Position numbers and translations under genes: made by a program | From: a virus | Length of the DNA stretch: 51,207 nt | Virus record (IMG/VR): IMGVR_UViG_3300026907_000016 | Direction: 5' to 3' (one strand) | Shown here: positions 1-8,344 of the stretch, in pieces | Layout: every line of letters begins with the position of its first letter | Position numbering within the stretch: the first letter of the stretch is position 1 | The notes under the pieces: model-generated | The model's input: the letters and a program-made list of their open reading frames with translations, nothing else | Told to the model about the DNA's origin: nothing | Databases searched by the model: none

Positions 1-127
1 ACGTTGAAGTCCATCCCGATGTGCAGCGCCTCGCCAGGCTGGTGCACTTCCTTGCATCCGTTCAGCTTGCGGTCGTAGGCGTGGTAGACCGTGCCAGACA
101 GCAGGTTGACGAACTGGCCATCCAGAT
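1..127. repeat. Terminal direct repeat: bases 1-127 are identical to 51081-51207 (circular closure or assembly overlap)
   Basis: Both ends read acgttgaagtccatcccgatgtgcagcgcc...gaactggccatccagat. Unique length is 51,080 bp. Confidence 0.95.
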
Positions 128-776
128 AGGCCTGGATCAACTGCGGCGGGTAGGACTCCTTGAGGGAGTCGATGTAGTCACCCGGCAGGTTCAGCTCGTT
201 GTCGTAGGTCGACGCCTGGATCAACCCGTACAGTGCCTGAAGGTGCGGCTTCTCGCGCAACTGCTTCACGAACTGCTGGTAGACGAACTTGAAGCCCTCG
301 GGCGTGGTCGTGACGTCGACGCCGTTCTTCAGGCCGTCCACGTTGTAGCGCATACGAGCAATGATCTTGCGCCAGGCGTGTTGCGCCTTGAGTACCGGCA
401 GAACATCTAGCTCATCGACCAGGGCGTGCCCGATCTTGAAGCCTACGATGGTCTGCGGCTTCTCCATCGAACGGCAGATGGTCGTGCTGCGCCATCGTCC
501 GCCAGAGTAAAACTCGACCTCTTTGTCGCCTTCCTTCGTCTTGACCTTCAGGCCCCAGTCGAAGGCCACTTCCTCGATGGTCGGAAAGAAGATGTCGCGG
601 ATCTGCGGATAGGTCGGGGCGAAGTAGCCGGAGTTGATCCCTGGCCACTCCCAAACGTGTTTGCATATGCCAGCCGAACCTACCCAGGTCTTGCCCGAGC
701 CGAACCCAGCAACGAATGCCCGGAACTTGTGCGGCAGGCCAATGAACTGACCCTGCGGCACGTTAAGCGTCGGCAT
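1..776 (-). CDS. terL: Terminase large subunit, N-terminal ATPase part. The gene wraps the junction and continues at 51080..50561, 431 aa in total.
   Basis: Absent from the ORF track because it runs off the edge. My translation from ATG 776 gives MPTLNVPQGQFIGLPHKFRAFVAGFGSGKTWVG (Walker A), then ...GHALVDELD..., and ends in HQPGEALHIGMDFNV, which matches ORF 50561..51127. 776+520 nt = 432 codons. Confidence 0.85.
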   Translation of the reverse strand, partial: MPTLNVPQGQFIGLPHKFRAFVAGFGSGKTWVGSAGICKHVWEWPGINSGYFAPTYPQIRDIFFPTIEEVAFDWGLKVKTKEGDKEVEFYSGGRWRSTTICRSMEKPQTIVGFKIGHALVDELDVLPVLKAQHAWRKIIARMRYNVDGLKNGVDVTTTPEGFKFVYQQFVKQLREKPHLQALYGLIQASTYDNELNLPGDYIDSLKESYPPQLIQAYLDGQFVNLLSGTVYHAYDRKLNGCKEVHQPGEALHIGMDFN

Positions 777-1224
777 CGCGCTTCCTGGCGTCGACAATCT
801 CGACTTCTACCCTGTTCGGCGTTGTGTCGCCCGGATCAGCCTCGGCCTTGGTCTGCCGATTTACGTAAACGTCGCCGCATTCCTTCGCAGCCTGCTCGAG
901 CACCTGCAGTGCAAGGCGAGCGTTGCGGCTGCTCTCGGCTTTCTCGACCAGGCGGCCCAGCATGCGGAGGCGGTACGACCGATTGGCGATTGGGATCTCG
1001 GCGCTCTCTTCCCTGAAGCGCTTGCGGGTGTCGTGGAACAGCGTCACCCACTTGGCGGCCAATCCCTTGCCTGAAACCTTGGTCGGGTCGTGCGACTCCA
1101 CCTGCTGGCGGCTCACCTCAACGCCGTAATCGTTCTTGACTGCCTCTGCTACTTGAGAGGGCGTGTCAAAACAGGCTAGGGCCTGAACTATGAAGCCCTT
1201 GACCTCATTGCTCAAAGCTGCCAT
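763..1224 (-). CDS. Putative terminase small subunit (DUF2280-like)
   Basis: 153 aa. Lies directly upstream of terL and overlaps it by 14 nt (ATGCCGACGCTTAA). N-terminus MAALSNEVKGFIVQALACFDTPSQVAEAVK is HTH-like. Confidence 0.6.
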   Translation of the reverse strand: MAALSNEVKGFIVQALACFDTPSQVAEAVKNDYGVEVSRQQVESHDPTKVSGKGLAAKWVTLFHDTRKRFREESAEIPIANRSYRLRMLGRLVEKAESSRNARLALQVLEQAAKECGDVYVNRQTKAEADPGDTTPNRVEVEIVDARKRDADA

Positions 1225-1255
1225 CGGCTATCACCTGTCCAGTGCCTGTCCAAAC

Positions 1256-1879
1256 TCAGGCCGACTTCAGTAGGCAGGTTCCGCAGGCCCTCGCAATATT
1301 GATCTTGGCCACCTCGGGCGCCTTGTTGGCTGCCTCAACCATGGCCTTCACGACTTCGCTCGCACCGTACCGGCGAACCACGCCGACGAACTCCTCCACG
1401 TCATGGCCGCGCAGCTTCAGCTTGGGCTGGCCTTCGTCGGTGAACTGCGGCTCACCTTCGGAGTTGGTCTTCTGCGTCATGTGGTACAGCTCATGCTCGA
1501 CCAGGGCGCAGAACTCGGCATCCGAGCACTCGGCGCAGTAGTCAGCGGCCAGGGTGATCAGGAAGCTCGGCACGTAGCCGAACCACTGCAGCATCTGCTG
1601 TTCCTGTCTGCCCTTCTGCCAGGCGCCGCAGCGAAAGGTCACGTCCTCGCACTGGCCCAGCACCCAGCGGCCTTGCTTCTCGAATCCACCTGCAGCCCAC
1701 AGGAACGCTATTGGCGCATCCTTGAGGTGTGCATGGTCTTCGTTGAATAGCGGCGCACCCTCGATCACGAAGGTATCCATAGCCCACTGCAGCACTTCAG
1801 GCGCTGGTATGTAGGCGTCTGCCCAGTCCTTGCCATCTGTGAACTGGCCAATGGTCTCGGGCGGCATGGGCCGATTCAT
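1256..1879 (-). CDS. Putative phage zinc metallopeptidase (HExxH)
   Basis: 207 aa with ALVEHELYHM (HExxH). ATGA-type 4-nt overlap with the upstream gene. Confidence 0.6.
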   Translation of the reverse strand: MNRPMPPETIGQFTDGKDWADAYIPAPEVLQWAMDTFVIEGAPLFNEDHAHLKDAPIAFLWAAGGFEKQGRWVLGQCEDVTFRCGAWQKGRQEQQMLQWFGYVPSFLITLAADYCAECSDAEFCALVEHELYHMTQKTNSEGEPQFTDEGQPKLKLRGHDVEEFVGVVRRYGASEVVKAMVEAANKAPEVAKINIARACGTCLLKSA

Positions 1880-2328
1880 TCAGGCTTGGCCACCTGATAC
1901 GTGCGAATCCTTCCGCCAGTCCCAACATCACGCCGGGACGCCAACTCAACCGCCTTGTAGGCGCTGCAGCCCATGTCGAGCGCTGTCCATGCGTGGTGCG
2001 AACCACTGCCAATGCAATACGGCTTGTTCAGCTGTAGGTTTTCGATCCAGAGGCCCGTGTCGTTATCGACGCCGATCAGCTTGAGCTGTCCATCAGCCAC
2101 CACCAGTGCAGAGCACTCGATCTGGCTGCCCGCTGGGCTTTCGCCAACGAAGTAGGCAGCAATCAGCTTTGGGGCATCGCATACGGCGCCAGTGATGAAG
2201 AACGAAACCCCTTCATGCTCAATGCGCTTTTCGAAATCATCATCAATGATGGTCGATCCCGAGCAGCTGCGAGAGTCGTAGGCGATAACGCCATTGCTGT
2301 ACGCAATCGTGGTCACGCCAACACCCAC
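1876..2328 (-). CDS. Proteasome-beta/HslV-like Ntn hydrolase. The likely true start is GTG at 2316, giving fMet-Thr-Thr.
   Basis: TTIAYSNGVIAYDSR..., CIGSGSHHAWTALDMG and DVGTGGRIRTYQV resemble proteasome beta-subunit blocks. GTG 2316 overlaps the upstream stop as GTGA. Confidence 0.6.
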   Translation of the reverse strand: MGVGVTTIAYSNGVIAYDSRSCSGSTIIDDDFEKRIEHEGVSFFITGAVCDAPKLIAAYFVGESPAGSQIECSALVVADGQLKLIGVDNDTGLWIENLQLNKPYCIGSGSHHAWTALDMGCSAYKAVELASRRDVGTGGRIRTYQVAKPE

Positions 2329-2486
2329 CCAGCCAACAGCCCCATGCTGTAGATCAGCGCAACGCAGATCAGGAACATGGCAGCCATGAAGCGCACCCAG
2401 GCGACGAGATAGTCGTCAGTGCGGAATGACAGGCGCCAGAACACCACCGCAAGTGCAAACAGGAGTGCGGGGATGATCCAGTGCAT
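2313..2486 (-). CDS. Small two-TM membrane protein (57 aa, below the ORF-track cutoff)
   Basis: My translation: MHWIIPALLFALAVVFWRLSFRTDDYLVAWVRFMAAMFLICVALIYSMGLLAGWVLA*. Two hydrophobic helices, coupled to neighbouring genes. Confidence 0.45.
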   Translation of the reverse strand: MHWIIPALLFALAVVFWRLSFRTDDYLVAWVRFMAAMFLICVALIYSMGLLAGWVLA

Positions 2487-2495
2487 TGTCGTTAC

Positions 2496-2759
2496 TCAGC
2501 AGATCACAGTTCGGGTTAGTCCAGGGAAATGCGGATACCCAATCTCGCGCAGAGCGTCCTCCAGCTTCTTGCCCGGGCGATCCTCTTGCGTAGTCGCCGG
2601 CCCTTGGGTAGATGGCTGGGTAATCGAAATTTTTGGCGTCACCTTCACGAAAACAGTCTGCAGGTGATCCTTGATCTGTTGCCATTGCTCTGCGGTAGGC
2701 TCGGAGCCTTGCAGCTCGACAAAGCCTTGCAGCCAGTACGCGAATTGTTCCGGGGTCAT
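2496..2759 (-). CDS. Hypothetical protein (87 aa)
   Basis: Internal start MTPEQFAYWLQGFVELQG of ORF 2496..2870. ATGA overlap with the holin stop. Confidence 0.5.
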   Translation of the reverse strand: MTPEQFAYWLQGFVELQGSEPTAEQWQQIKDHLQTVFVKVTPKISITQPSTQGPATTQEDRPGKKLEDALREIGYPHFPGLTRTVIC

Positions 2760-3151
2760 TTCCACACCGCCTGCTTGATCTCGCGGATCATGTCGGGAAG
2801 GCTCATGTCCTTGCGCAGCTCGGCGTATGCAAACCAGGCGCGGACCAGTACCCAGGCTGGGAGGCCGCACACGAATATCAGGCCAGCCAGTGCAACCAGG
2901 CCAAGGTCATCCTGGGCCCAGTGCAGCAGGTCGAACCAGCGAATCACGAACGCGCCACCGGCCAGGCTCGACACCACAGTCGAGATCATGGCAACGACGA
3001 ACTCGCGCACCGTCTTGGGCAGAGTCATCGCCATTACGACGATGGTCACCAGCACGGCAGCAAGGGCGCCTAGGACACCGAGCTTGTACAGGGCAAGGCC
3101 GCCAACTGCTGTCGAGGCTGGTTCGGTCATTTCGCGGACACTCATAGGCAT
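2756..3151 (-). CDS. Putative holin (three TM segments, charged C-terminus)
   Basis: 131 aa. Hydrophobic stretches GGLALYKLGVLGALAAVLVTIVVMAM, FVVAMISTVVSSLAGGAFVI and LGLVALAGLIFVCGLPAWVLV, with tail AELRKDMSLPDMIREIKQAVWK. First gene after the late leader. Confidence 0.5.
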   Translation of the reverse strand: MPMSVREMTEPASTAVGGLALYKLGVLGALAAVLVTIVVMAMTLPKTVREFVVAMISTVVSSLAGGAFVIRWFDLLHWAQDDLGLVALAGLIFVCGLPAWVLVRAWFAYAELRKDMSLPDMIREIKQAVWK

Positions 3152-3500
3152 TTCCTGGCCCTTCGCCGGGCCGGCACTGCGTGGAATAAAAAAGTCAGCG
3201 GGCTGCTACGTGCGATTTAACCTGCGCCCTACTGGAAGGTTCTTTGGCAGGTACCACTTACATGACCAGTTTCAGCTGACAAGTGATGCTGGGGAGCAGC
3301 GGAGCAATAAGCACCCGCACGATTTGAGCATCGCCCTATCGGGCCAGCACTACCGGTACGACCAGCGTTCTAGGCTTGGCGGGTAATCGGCATCAGATTG
3401 CCGGTCTATCAACGGAATCCGAGCATTTCAGGCATCAAAGTGCCGAATAGGAAGCCCACCGGTATTCCCAACCTTTCGATGATATCGGCTGGTCGGCGGG

Positions 3501-3713
3501 CTAAATCGTGGCGCGAAGCTTGAGCAGGCAGCCAACGTAGATGGCATCTCGCGCTTCATCGCTCAAAGGATCTTGGATTGCCTGGACAGCACCAGCGCAG
3601 AACTCCATAGCGCTTAGATTCCTGTCTGACTGTTCCTGGCTGAACCGAGCCATGTAGTGATCGGCCGGAGAACACCCACAGAGCAAGAGGACCAGCATGC
3701 AGGACTTAAGCAT
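3501..3713 (-). CDS. Small lipoprotein (moron-like)
   Basis: 70 aa. MLKSCMLVLLLCGC has a lipobox LLCG|C. SD GAAGGAGG. Lower GC than the flanks, with ORF-free DNA on both sides. Confidence 0.55.
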   Translation of the reverse strand: MLKSCMLVLLLCGCSPADHYMARFSQEQSDRNLSAMEFCAGAVQAIQDPLSDEARDAIYVGCLLKLRATI

Positions 3714-3786
3714 GCGGCCTCCTTCGGCAATCTAGTGCCGATTTAGCGCTTATCGAGAGGTGTTATCGGCTTTCTAGTGCCGGAAA

Positions 3787-3818
3787 CGAAAAAGCCCCGA
3801 CATTTCTGCCAGGGCTTC
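3787..3818 (-). terminator. Intrinsic terminator downstream of the Q-like gene
   Basis: Minus strand reads GAAGCCCTGGCAGAAATGTCGGGGCTTTTTCGTTT: a 7-bp stem with one G-U pair, followed by a T-run. Confidence 0.55.
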
Positions 3819-3868
3819 GGGTGAGGTTTCTCACAATGACGAAACAGTGCCAAATTGCCCTTCAAATG

Positions 3869-4543
3869 TCAAGCGGCCTCTTCCTCTCGCTCTTTCAGGC
3901 GATCCACCACTTCAGATACCGGCGCGAGCGCTTTTGCGTCCAGGCGGTCAACGTGCTTGGCGAGCGTTTCCCAAACTGCCGCCCAGTCGCGCGACCAGTT
4001 GTCAGGATGCATGCGAACGCCCAGGCGATCCTCGATAAACATGCAGACTTCAACCGGAGACAGTCCAGGCCGACCGGCGACCATGCGCTTGTGCGACTGC
4101 AAGGCCGCCAAGGCCATCCAGTACGCGCGCTCGCGCTTTTTCTCATGCAGAGAGTCCAGGCCAGAGCCGAGCCATATCACGCCATGCGCGATGGAAAGGT
4201 CATTGCCATTCACGATTGGCGAGTACATGAAGTGCCCGAAATGCTGGAGCGTCTTCGGCAGGCTGTCGATTGCGTGCATGACAAGCCCAGCCGCAAGCAT
4301 GTGAGCGCACCTGGCCTCAGTAAGCCGACGCCCTGATCGCGTTTCCTGAACGCCACTGATACGAGCCGGATACGATTTGGCCACCTCCTTACCGTGCTCG
4401 TTCTCCAGCATGATGACGACCTTGCCGTCGCCGTCGCCGGTCTTTTTTCCCAACTTCGCCTGCTCCGCAGCTACAGCCATTACGGAGTCGCGGTTTTCGT
4501 GCATTGCATCGTGCCAAGCTTGGCGTGCTCCAATCAGTCTCAT
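3869..4543 (-). CDS. Hypothetical protein. Possible late-gene regulator (Q-like), judged by position only.
   Basis: 224 aa from the internal start MRLIGARQAWHD of ORF 3869..4942 (ATGA overlap with the upstream stop). Last gene before the terminator, late leader and holin. Confidence 0.5.
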   Translation of the reverse strand: MRLIGARQAWHDAMHENRDSVMAVAAEQAKLGKKTGDGDGKVVIMLENEHGKEVAKSYPARISGVQETRSGRRLTEARCAHMLAAGLVMHAIDSLPKTLQHFGHFMYSPIVNGNDLSIAHGVIWLGSGLDSLHEKKRERAYWMALAALQSHKRMVAGRPGLSPVEVCMFIEDRLGVRMHPDNWSRDWAAVWETLAKHVDRLDAKALAPVSEVVDRLKEREEEAA

Positions 4544-5679
4544 GCTGCTGCCCCCTTGAGCATGTCGGGTGAAATCGTCAGGCGCCCTACTTCGCCGTAT
4601 TGGCGATGGTAGGTAATCACCTTTGCGTCGCGTCCACTGATCCATCCTCCCCGGCTGGCGTATGCGTCTGCTGCAGCCAGGGTGCGGTGCTGCTCCACGA
4701 TCATCAGGTTGTTTTCCTTGATGTCGACGTGGTGTAGGTGGCCCATGTGGGCGTAGCTGTGCTTGGTGCGGCCGAACACGTCGCGGAACTTGGCCACGAA
4801 CACGTCTGAGACGTTGGCCGGCTTGCGGCGGTGCCCGTGGTGGAAGTACAGGGCAGTCTGTCCGAACTCGTAGCAATAGTAGGGATCGGGGCTGCGGTCG
4901 ACGGTAATGCGTGGCTCGTTCTCGTACAGAACGGCGAACCACTCGCGCAGCCAGACACTCGATGCCATGTCGTGGTTACCCTCGGCCATGAGCACGTGCA
5001 CGCGCTGGTGCTTGCTCAGCAGCATGTCGATGACCTGGCGCAGAACGCGGATTGCTACCCTGACCAGCTTCTGGAACCTGGTGTCGGCGTCCAGCAAGTG
5101 CCCGCTGCTGGGCGTGACAGCATCCAGGCCATCCCAGTGCATCAGGTCGCCAAGCTGTGCGAATACCGCAGTGTCTGCGTGCGGGGCCTGCTGAATGGCG
5201 CTGGCGAACCACGACACAAGCAGATCCTCGGCTTTGCGCAGGTCGTAGTCATCGCCCCGGGTTTCCTCATGCCAGGCCAGCATGCCCAAGTGATGGTCGG
5301 TGATCACGAAGCAGTTGAGCAGATCGGAGTTGCCGTGCGGCGGCTCAGACATCAGCGATACGCGCGGGATCTCCTCGCTCATGGCCTGGATTGCCTCCTG
5401 CATCAGGGCCATCTGGCGCTCATGGTCGATGCTCGACTTCACCCATTGAAGCTTTGGCTTGCCATCGGCGTCATAAAGCGTAGAGGTGCCTTTCAGATGG
5501 AAGCCATCCGGCACCATCTTGTGCATGTCGTGCTCGGGGCTGAACCCCTGACGAGCCAGCCTGGCCTTATGCTCGTAGACCCGGCGCTCATGCATGCCAA
5601 GCATCTCGGCGGCCTGTGAAACTGTGCGACCTTCAAGCGCCGCTTTGATCTCTTCGTCTGTCGCTTTGCGCGCTGCCAT
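4540..5679 (-). CDS. HTH plus calcineurin-like metallophosphoesterase
   Basis: 379 aa from MAARKATDEEIK (SD GGGGGAG). Motifs QLGDLMHWDG, AEGNHD, FHHGH and MGHLHH. Confidence 0.7.
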   Translation of the reverse strand: MAARKATDEEIKAALEGRTVSQAAEMLGMHERRVYEHKARLARQGFSPEHDMHKMVPDGFHLKGTSTLYDADGKPKLQWVKSSIDHERQMALMQEAIQAMSEEIPRVSLMSEPPHGNSDLLNCFVITDHHLGMLAWHEETRGDDYDLRKAEDLLVSWFASAIQQAPHADTAVFAQLGDLMHWDGLDAVTPSSGHLLDADTRFQKLVRVAIRVLRQVIDMLLSKHQRVHVLMAEGNHDMASSVWLREWFAVLYENEPRITVDRSPDPYYCYEFGQTALYFHHGHRRKPANVSDVFVAKFRDVFGRTKHSYAHMGHLHHVDIKENNLMIVEQHRTLAAADAYASRGGWISGRDAKVITYHRQYGEVGRLTISPDMLKGAAA

Positions 5680-5680
5680 G

Positions 5681-5902
5681 TCACTCCCCCTTTGCGGCCT
5701 TGGTTTCCAACTCAATCAGCAGTTCCAGGTAGTGCTTAGCTTTCTTCAAGTCCTCGATGCCGTTCTTCTTGCGCCAGCGAGAGACGTACTTGATTACGTT
5801 CCCCTCGAAGTAGCCGATGCCGTTGGCGTGGATGTACTCAACCGGCTGTATGGGCTGGTCCTTGTAGTGGCCGCCGCCTTCCTGCGTATCTAGTGCGCTC
5901 AC
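5681..5902 (-). CDS. DUF3310-like small phage protein
   Basis: 73 aa. GGGHYKDQPIQPVEYI...GNVIKYVSRWRKKNGIEDLKKAKHYLELLIE is typical of that family. Confidence 0.6.
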   Translation of the reverse strand: MSALDTQEGGGHYKDQPIQPVEYIHANGIGYFEGNVIKYVSRWRKKNGIEDLKKAKHYLELLIELETKAAKGE

Positions 5903-6285
5903 ATGATCCCCCTGGCGTACTGAAAGAAGTCTTCTGGCTCGATGGCAACCCAGGACTTGCAGGGCTGCCAGATGTCAGGCCGCAGCTCGGCGGCGTCGAT
6001 GTAGAAGGTCCAGCCCTTGCGGTTGACCTTGACGGCTAGGACCGGGCGCGCCTTCACGGCGCTGGCTTGGTCGAGCGTCTGTGCCCACATGTTCAGCAGC
6101 GCGCCCCGGGGCGGTTGCTCAGCACGTGCCTTGATCTCAGGCGCCCATCCATCCAGACCGGTGATGTCATGCCCGCCTGACCTCGACTGCTCAAGGTTGC
6201 GTTTGCACGACACGCCCAGGTGCGTGGCGACCAGTGCGCAGAACTCGCGCTCGACGGCGGCGCCCTTTGCGCGGGAGTTGGTCAT
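5899..6285 (-). CDS. PD-(D/E)XK nuclease, Hjc-like Holliday-junction resolvase candidate
   Basis: 128 aa. RAKGAAVEREFCALV...GGHDI...PEIKAR (D...E-x-K arrangement). Lies in the nin-like region. Confidence 0.5.
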   Translation of the reverse strand: MTNSRAKGAAVEREFCALVATHLGVSCKRNLEQSRSGGHDITGLDGWAPEIKARAEQPPRGALLNMWAQTLDQASAVKARPVLAVKVNRKGWTFYIDAAELRPDIWQPCKSWVAIEPEDFFQYARGIM

Positions 6286-6497
6286 GCCGGCTCATCCCCA
6301 TCCAGAATCATCACCAGAGGCCCCATTGAGGCCTCAGAACTGATCTCGGCGAATGCGTCGTTGATGAACACCGGCAGCAAGTCGAGGTCGCGGTACTTGC
6401 CCAGCACCTGGCGCAGCTCATCCATCATCGATTCGTGCATCGCCAGTTGATTGGCCAGCCGATCCGGTTTCACGTTCAGCGGGGTGACATTGGTCAT
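6282..6497 (-). CDS. Hypothetical protein (71 aa)
   Basis: Start MTNVTPL after SD GGAGG. ATGA overlaps at both ends. Confidence 0.5.
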   Translation of the reverse strand: MTNVTPLNVKPDRLANQLAMHESMMDELRQVLGKYRDLDLLPVFINDAFAEISSEASMGPLVMILDGDEPA

Positions 6498-6763
6498 GGT
6501 GCCTCCCATACGCCGATGTACCCATCGACCTGGTTATGGCCGCAGCAGCAGCCAGTTGTGACAACTCCGAGAGCCCACAGGGCTTGCACGGCTTCGGCAA
6601 TGCAGCGGTCAACACAGGTTATTTCGCGGAATTGCAGGCAGCCGATAGCCCCGATTTTCAGCATGTGATCGGGAGTCTTCAGCTCCACCTGGTTGGTGTA
6701 ATCGCCGGGATGCACATCAGAGCAAGAGCACCCCTTGGGAATGCGGATATTGAAATCAGGCAT
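6494..6763 (-). CDS. Cys-rich hypothetical protein (89 aa)
   Basis: Internal start MPDFNIRIPKGCSCSD of ORF 6494..6814. Contains TTGCCCGHNQVDG. Confidence 0.5.
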   Translation of the reverse strand: MPDFNIRIPKGCSCSDVHPGDYTNQVELKTPDHMLKIGAIGCLQFREITCVDRCIAEAVQALWALGVVTTGCCCGHNQVDGYIGVWEAP

Positions 6764-6950
6764 CGGACACCATCCTTTGCGTTTGCATGTGGAAGTGACC
6801 GGCCAAGGCGGCAACGATGAATCCTTGCGGTACCCCCGCCTGCTTGGCTTCGTCGATTGCCTTGATGATCGACTGTTCCATCTGAATGAAGGCGTTTTGC
6901 TCTTGGCGCGTGACGATGCCGCCAGGAGATAGGGTGCTGACGTTGCTCAT
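6756..6950 (-). CDS. Hypothetical protein (64 aa)
   Basis: Start MSNVSTLSPGG after SD GGAGG. ATGA overlap with the stop of the Ref-like gene. Confidence 0.45.
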   Translation of the reverse strand: MSNVSTLSPGGIVTRQEQNAFIQMEQSIIKAIDEAKQAGVPQGFIVAALAGHFHMQTQRMVSDA

Positions 6951-7309
6951 GCAGCCTCCTTCAGCCCGAAGAGGGCCTGAATAGTCACTGGAACCTTGAA
7001 GCCCATCTGCTGGAGCTGGAGAGCGCATTCGGTCATCAGCTCGCGCTGGGTGCCGTAGCGCTGCTCAAAGCGGGCCTTGTACGGGTGGACGGCGATCAGG
7101 CCAGCGAGGCCGGTGCCATCTTGATGGTGTCCGGCGCATAGCGGCAGAACGAGCCAATGCGCGTTCGGCTTCGTGCGGCCGTCCGTGTGGTGGATGCTCA
7201 CGTGGAAGTTGCGGGCGCCGAACTCCTTGAAGCAGGCGATGCAACCCACGTGCTGAGCGAGCATGTCGTGGTAGCGCTTCTGATCGGCGCTGACTGTGCG
7301 GCCTTTCAT
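6947..7309 (-). CDS. Ref-like HNH nuclease candidate
   Basis: 120 aa. CIAC...SIHHTDGRTKPNAHWLVLPLCAGHHQDG... is a His/Cys pattern like the P1 Ref family. Confidence 0.5.
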   Translation of the reverse strand: MKGRTVSADQKRYHDMLAQHVGCIACFKEFGARNFHVSIHHTDGRTKPNAHWLVLPLCAGHHQDGTGLAGLIAVHPYKARFEQRYGTQRELMTECALQLQQMGFKVPVTIQALFGLKEAA

Positions 7310-7686
7310 TGCATGAACTCATGCGTGAAGCGCTCCTTCCCGGTCCGGCGCTTGAACTCTTCGCGCCTGGCCACGGCGAGCAGATAGCACTGCGGGCAGC
7401 AGGAATCGGCGGCAGCCTGTTTGATCGCCTTCGACCTGCGCAGCACGTAATTCCCGCATGCGCACCGGCAGACCCAGCGGCGATTCACGTCCTGAGACAG
7501 GCCGAGCACACGCAGACGGCCGAACTTTTGTCCGGCCAGGTCTTCGCAGTCAGCGGGGCATTCGCGAATAGCCAGAGGCATTGCAGAGCAAACCTCAGTC
7601 TCCAGCGGCTTGAACTCGAAATGCTCGCCGCGAGCCATCACCCGAGCAGCGCTGACGTTCACTGGGATTTCGTGACCGACCTTCAT
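7306..7686 (-). CDS. Cys-rich (zinc-binding?) hypothetical protein
   Basis: 126 aa from MKVGHEIPVN (SD GGGAGG). Contains CRCACGN...CCPQC. Confidence 0.5.
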   Translation of the reverse strand: MKVGHEIPVNVSAARVMARGEHFEFKPLETEVCSAMPLAIRECPADCEDLAGQKFGRLRVLGLSQDVNRRWVCRCACGNYVLRRSKAIKQAAADSCCPQCYLLAVARREEFKRRTGKERFTHEFMQ

Positions 7687-7877
7687 GCCCTCACCTCCCT
7701 GCACACATCCAGCACGCCTTGCGCGTACTGCGCCGGCTGCTGCTTGGCGGTCGATTCCAGGTTGTCGAGTACGGTGGCCAGCGGGCCGCGTTCGTCGAAC
7801 ATCGCGCGCGGCGCTCCGAGTACGGCCTTGATGCAATCAACGGCGTGCATGCGGCCTTCTAGGCGTTGGTGGTTCAT
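7683..7877 (-). CDS. Hypothetical protein (64 aa)
   Basis: ORF-track entry, with ATGA-type coupling to both neighbours. Confidence 0.45.
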   Translation of the reverse strand: MNHQRLEGRMHAVDCIKAVLGAPRAMFDERGPLATVLDNLESTAKQQPAQYAQGVLDVCREVRA

Positions 7878-8344
7878 GCTGCGTTCTCCCCAAGCAGGTC
7901 AGCAAAAACGACACCCTTGGCAGAGAACTCGGCCACGATCTGGTCGGTGTAGGCGATGCCCTGGGCGCGGTTGAAAAGGCGGGTTACGGGAAAGCCGTCA
8001 GGGCCGAACAGGTTGCACGGCCCCATCAGGTGAAGCTTTTCCTCGTAGGTCAGGTGCAGGAACGAGCGGTTCCAGGCGTTGAAGAAATCCACGTCAGCCT
8101 TGCGCATGATCGGCACGCCAAGATGGAGCTTGCACCAGCGGCGCACGTCCTCTACGTCGCCCATCTGCGTCATCTGCGCGATACGCTGGTACATGGCGAA
8201 CCACAGGGCGTTCTGATCAAGGGTCCGGTCTTTCCCCTCACGCATGCTGACGACCACAAACTTCTTGTCGCGGTAGAGCTGGGTCAGCTTGTGGATGGCC
8301 TCGGAGAGCTTCGACGCGCTGTTTACGGAGATGCGCTCAGTCAT
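7874..8344 (-). CDS. ninB: NinB/Orf-like recombination mediator
   Basis: 156 aa. RTLDQNALWFAMYQRIAQ...HLGVPIMR resembles the NinB core. Confidence 0.65.
   Translation of the reverse strand: MTERISVNSASKLSEAIHKLTQLYRDKKFVVVSMREGKDRTLDQNALWFAMYQRIAQMTQMGDVEDVRRWCKLHLGVPIMRKADVDFFNAWNRSFLHLTYEEKLHLMGPCNLFGPDGFPVTRLFNRAQGIAYTDQIVAEFSAKGVVFADLLGENAA

Noticed and set aside
1-127. The 127-bp terminal redundancy as a biological direct terminal repeat or cos region
   Set aside because: It interrupts the terL coding sequence in frame, and its length equals a common assembler k-mer. A DUF2280-type small terminase also suggests headful packaging. It is most parsimoniously an assembly overlap, although read-level data are needed to confirm this.
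4544-4942. N-terminal extensions of track ORFs, for example 3869..4942, 44931..45869, 10209..11702, 12722..13297 and 43782..44387
   Set aside because: The extended parts overlap the upstream gene in another frame and are Arg/Pro-rich. In each case an internal ATG with an ATGA or TAATG stop-start overlap or a good SD gives a coherent protein, so I used the shorter models.
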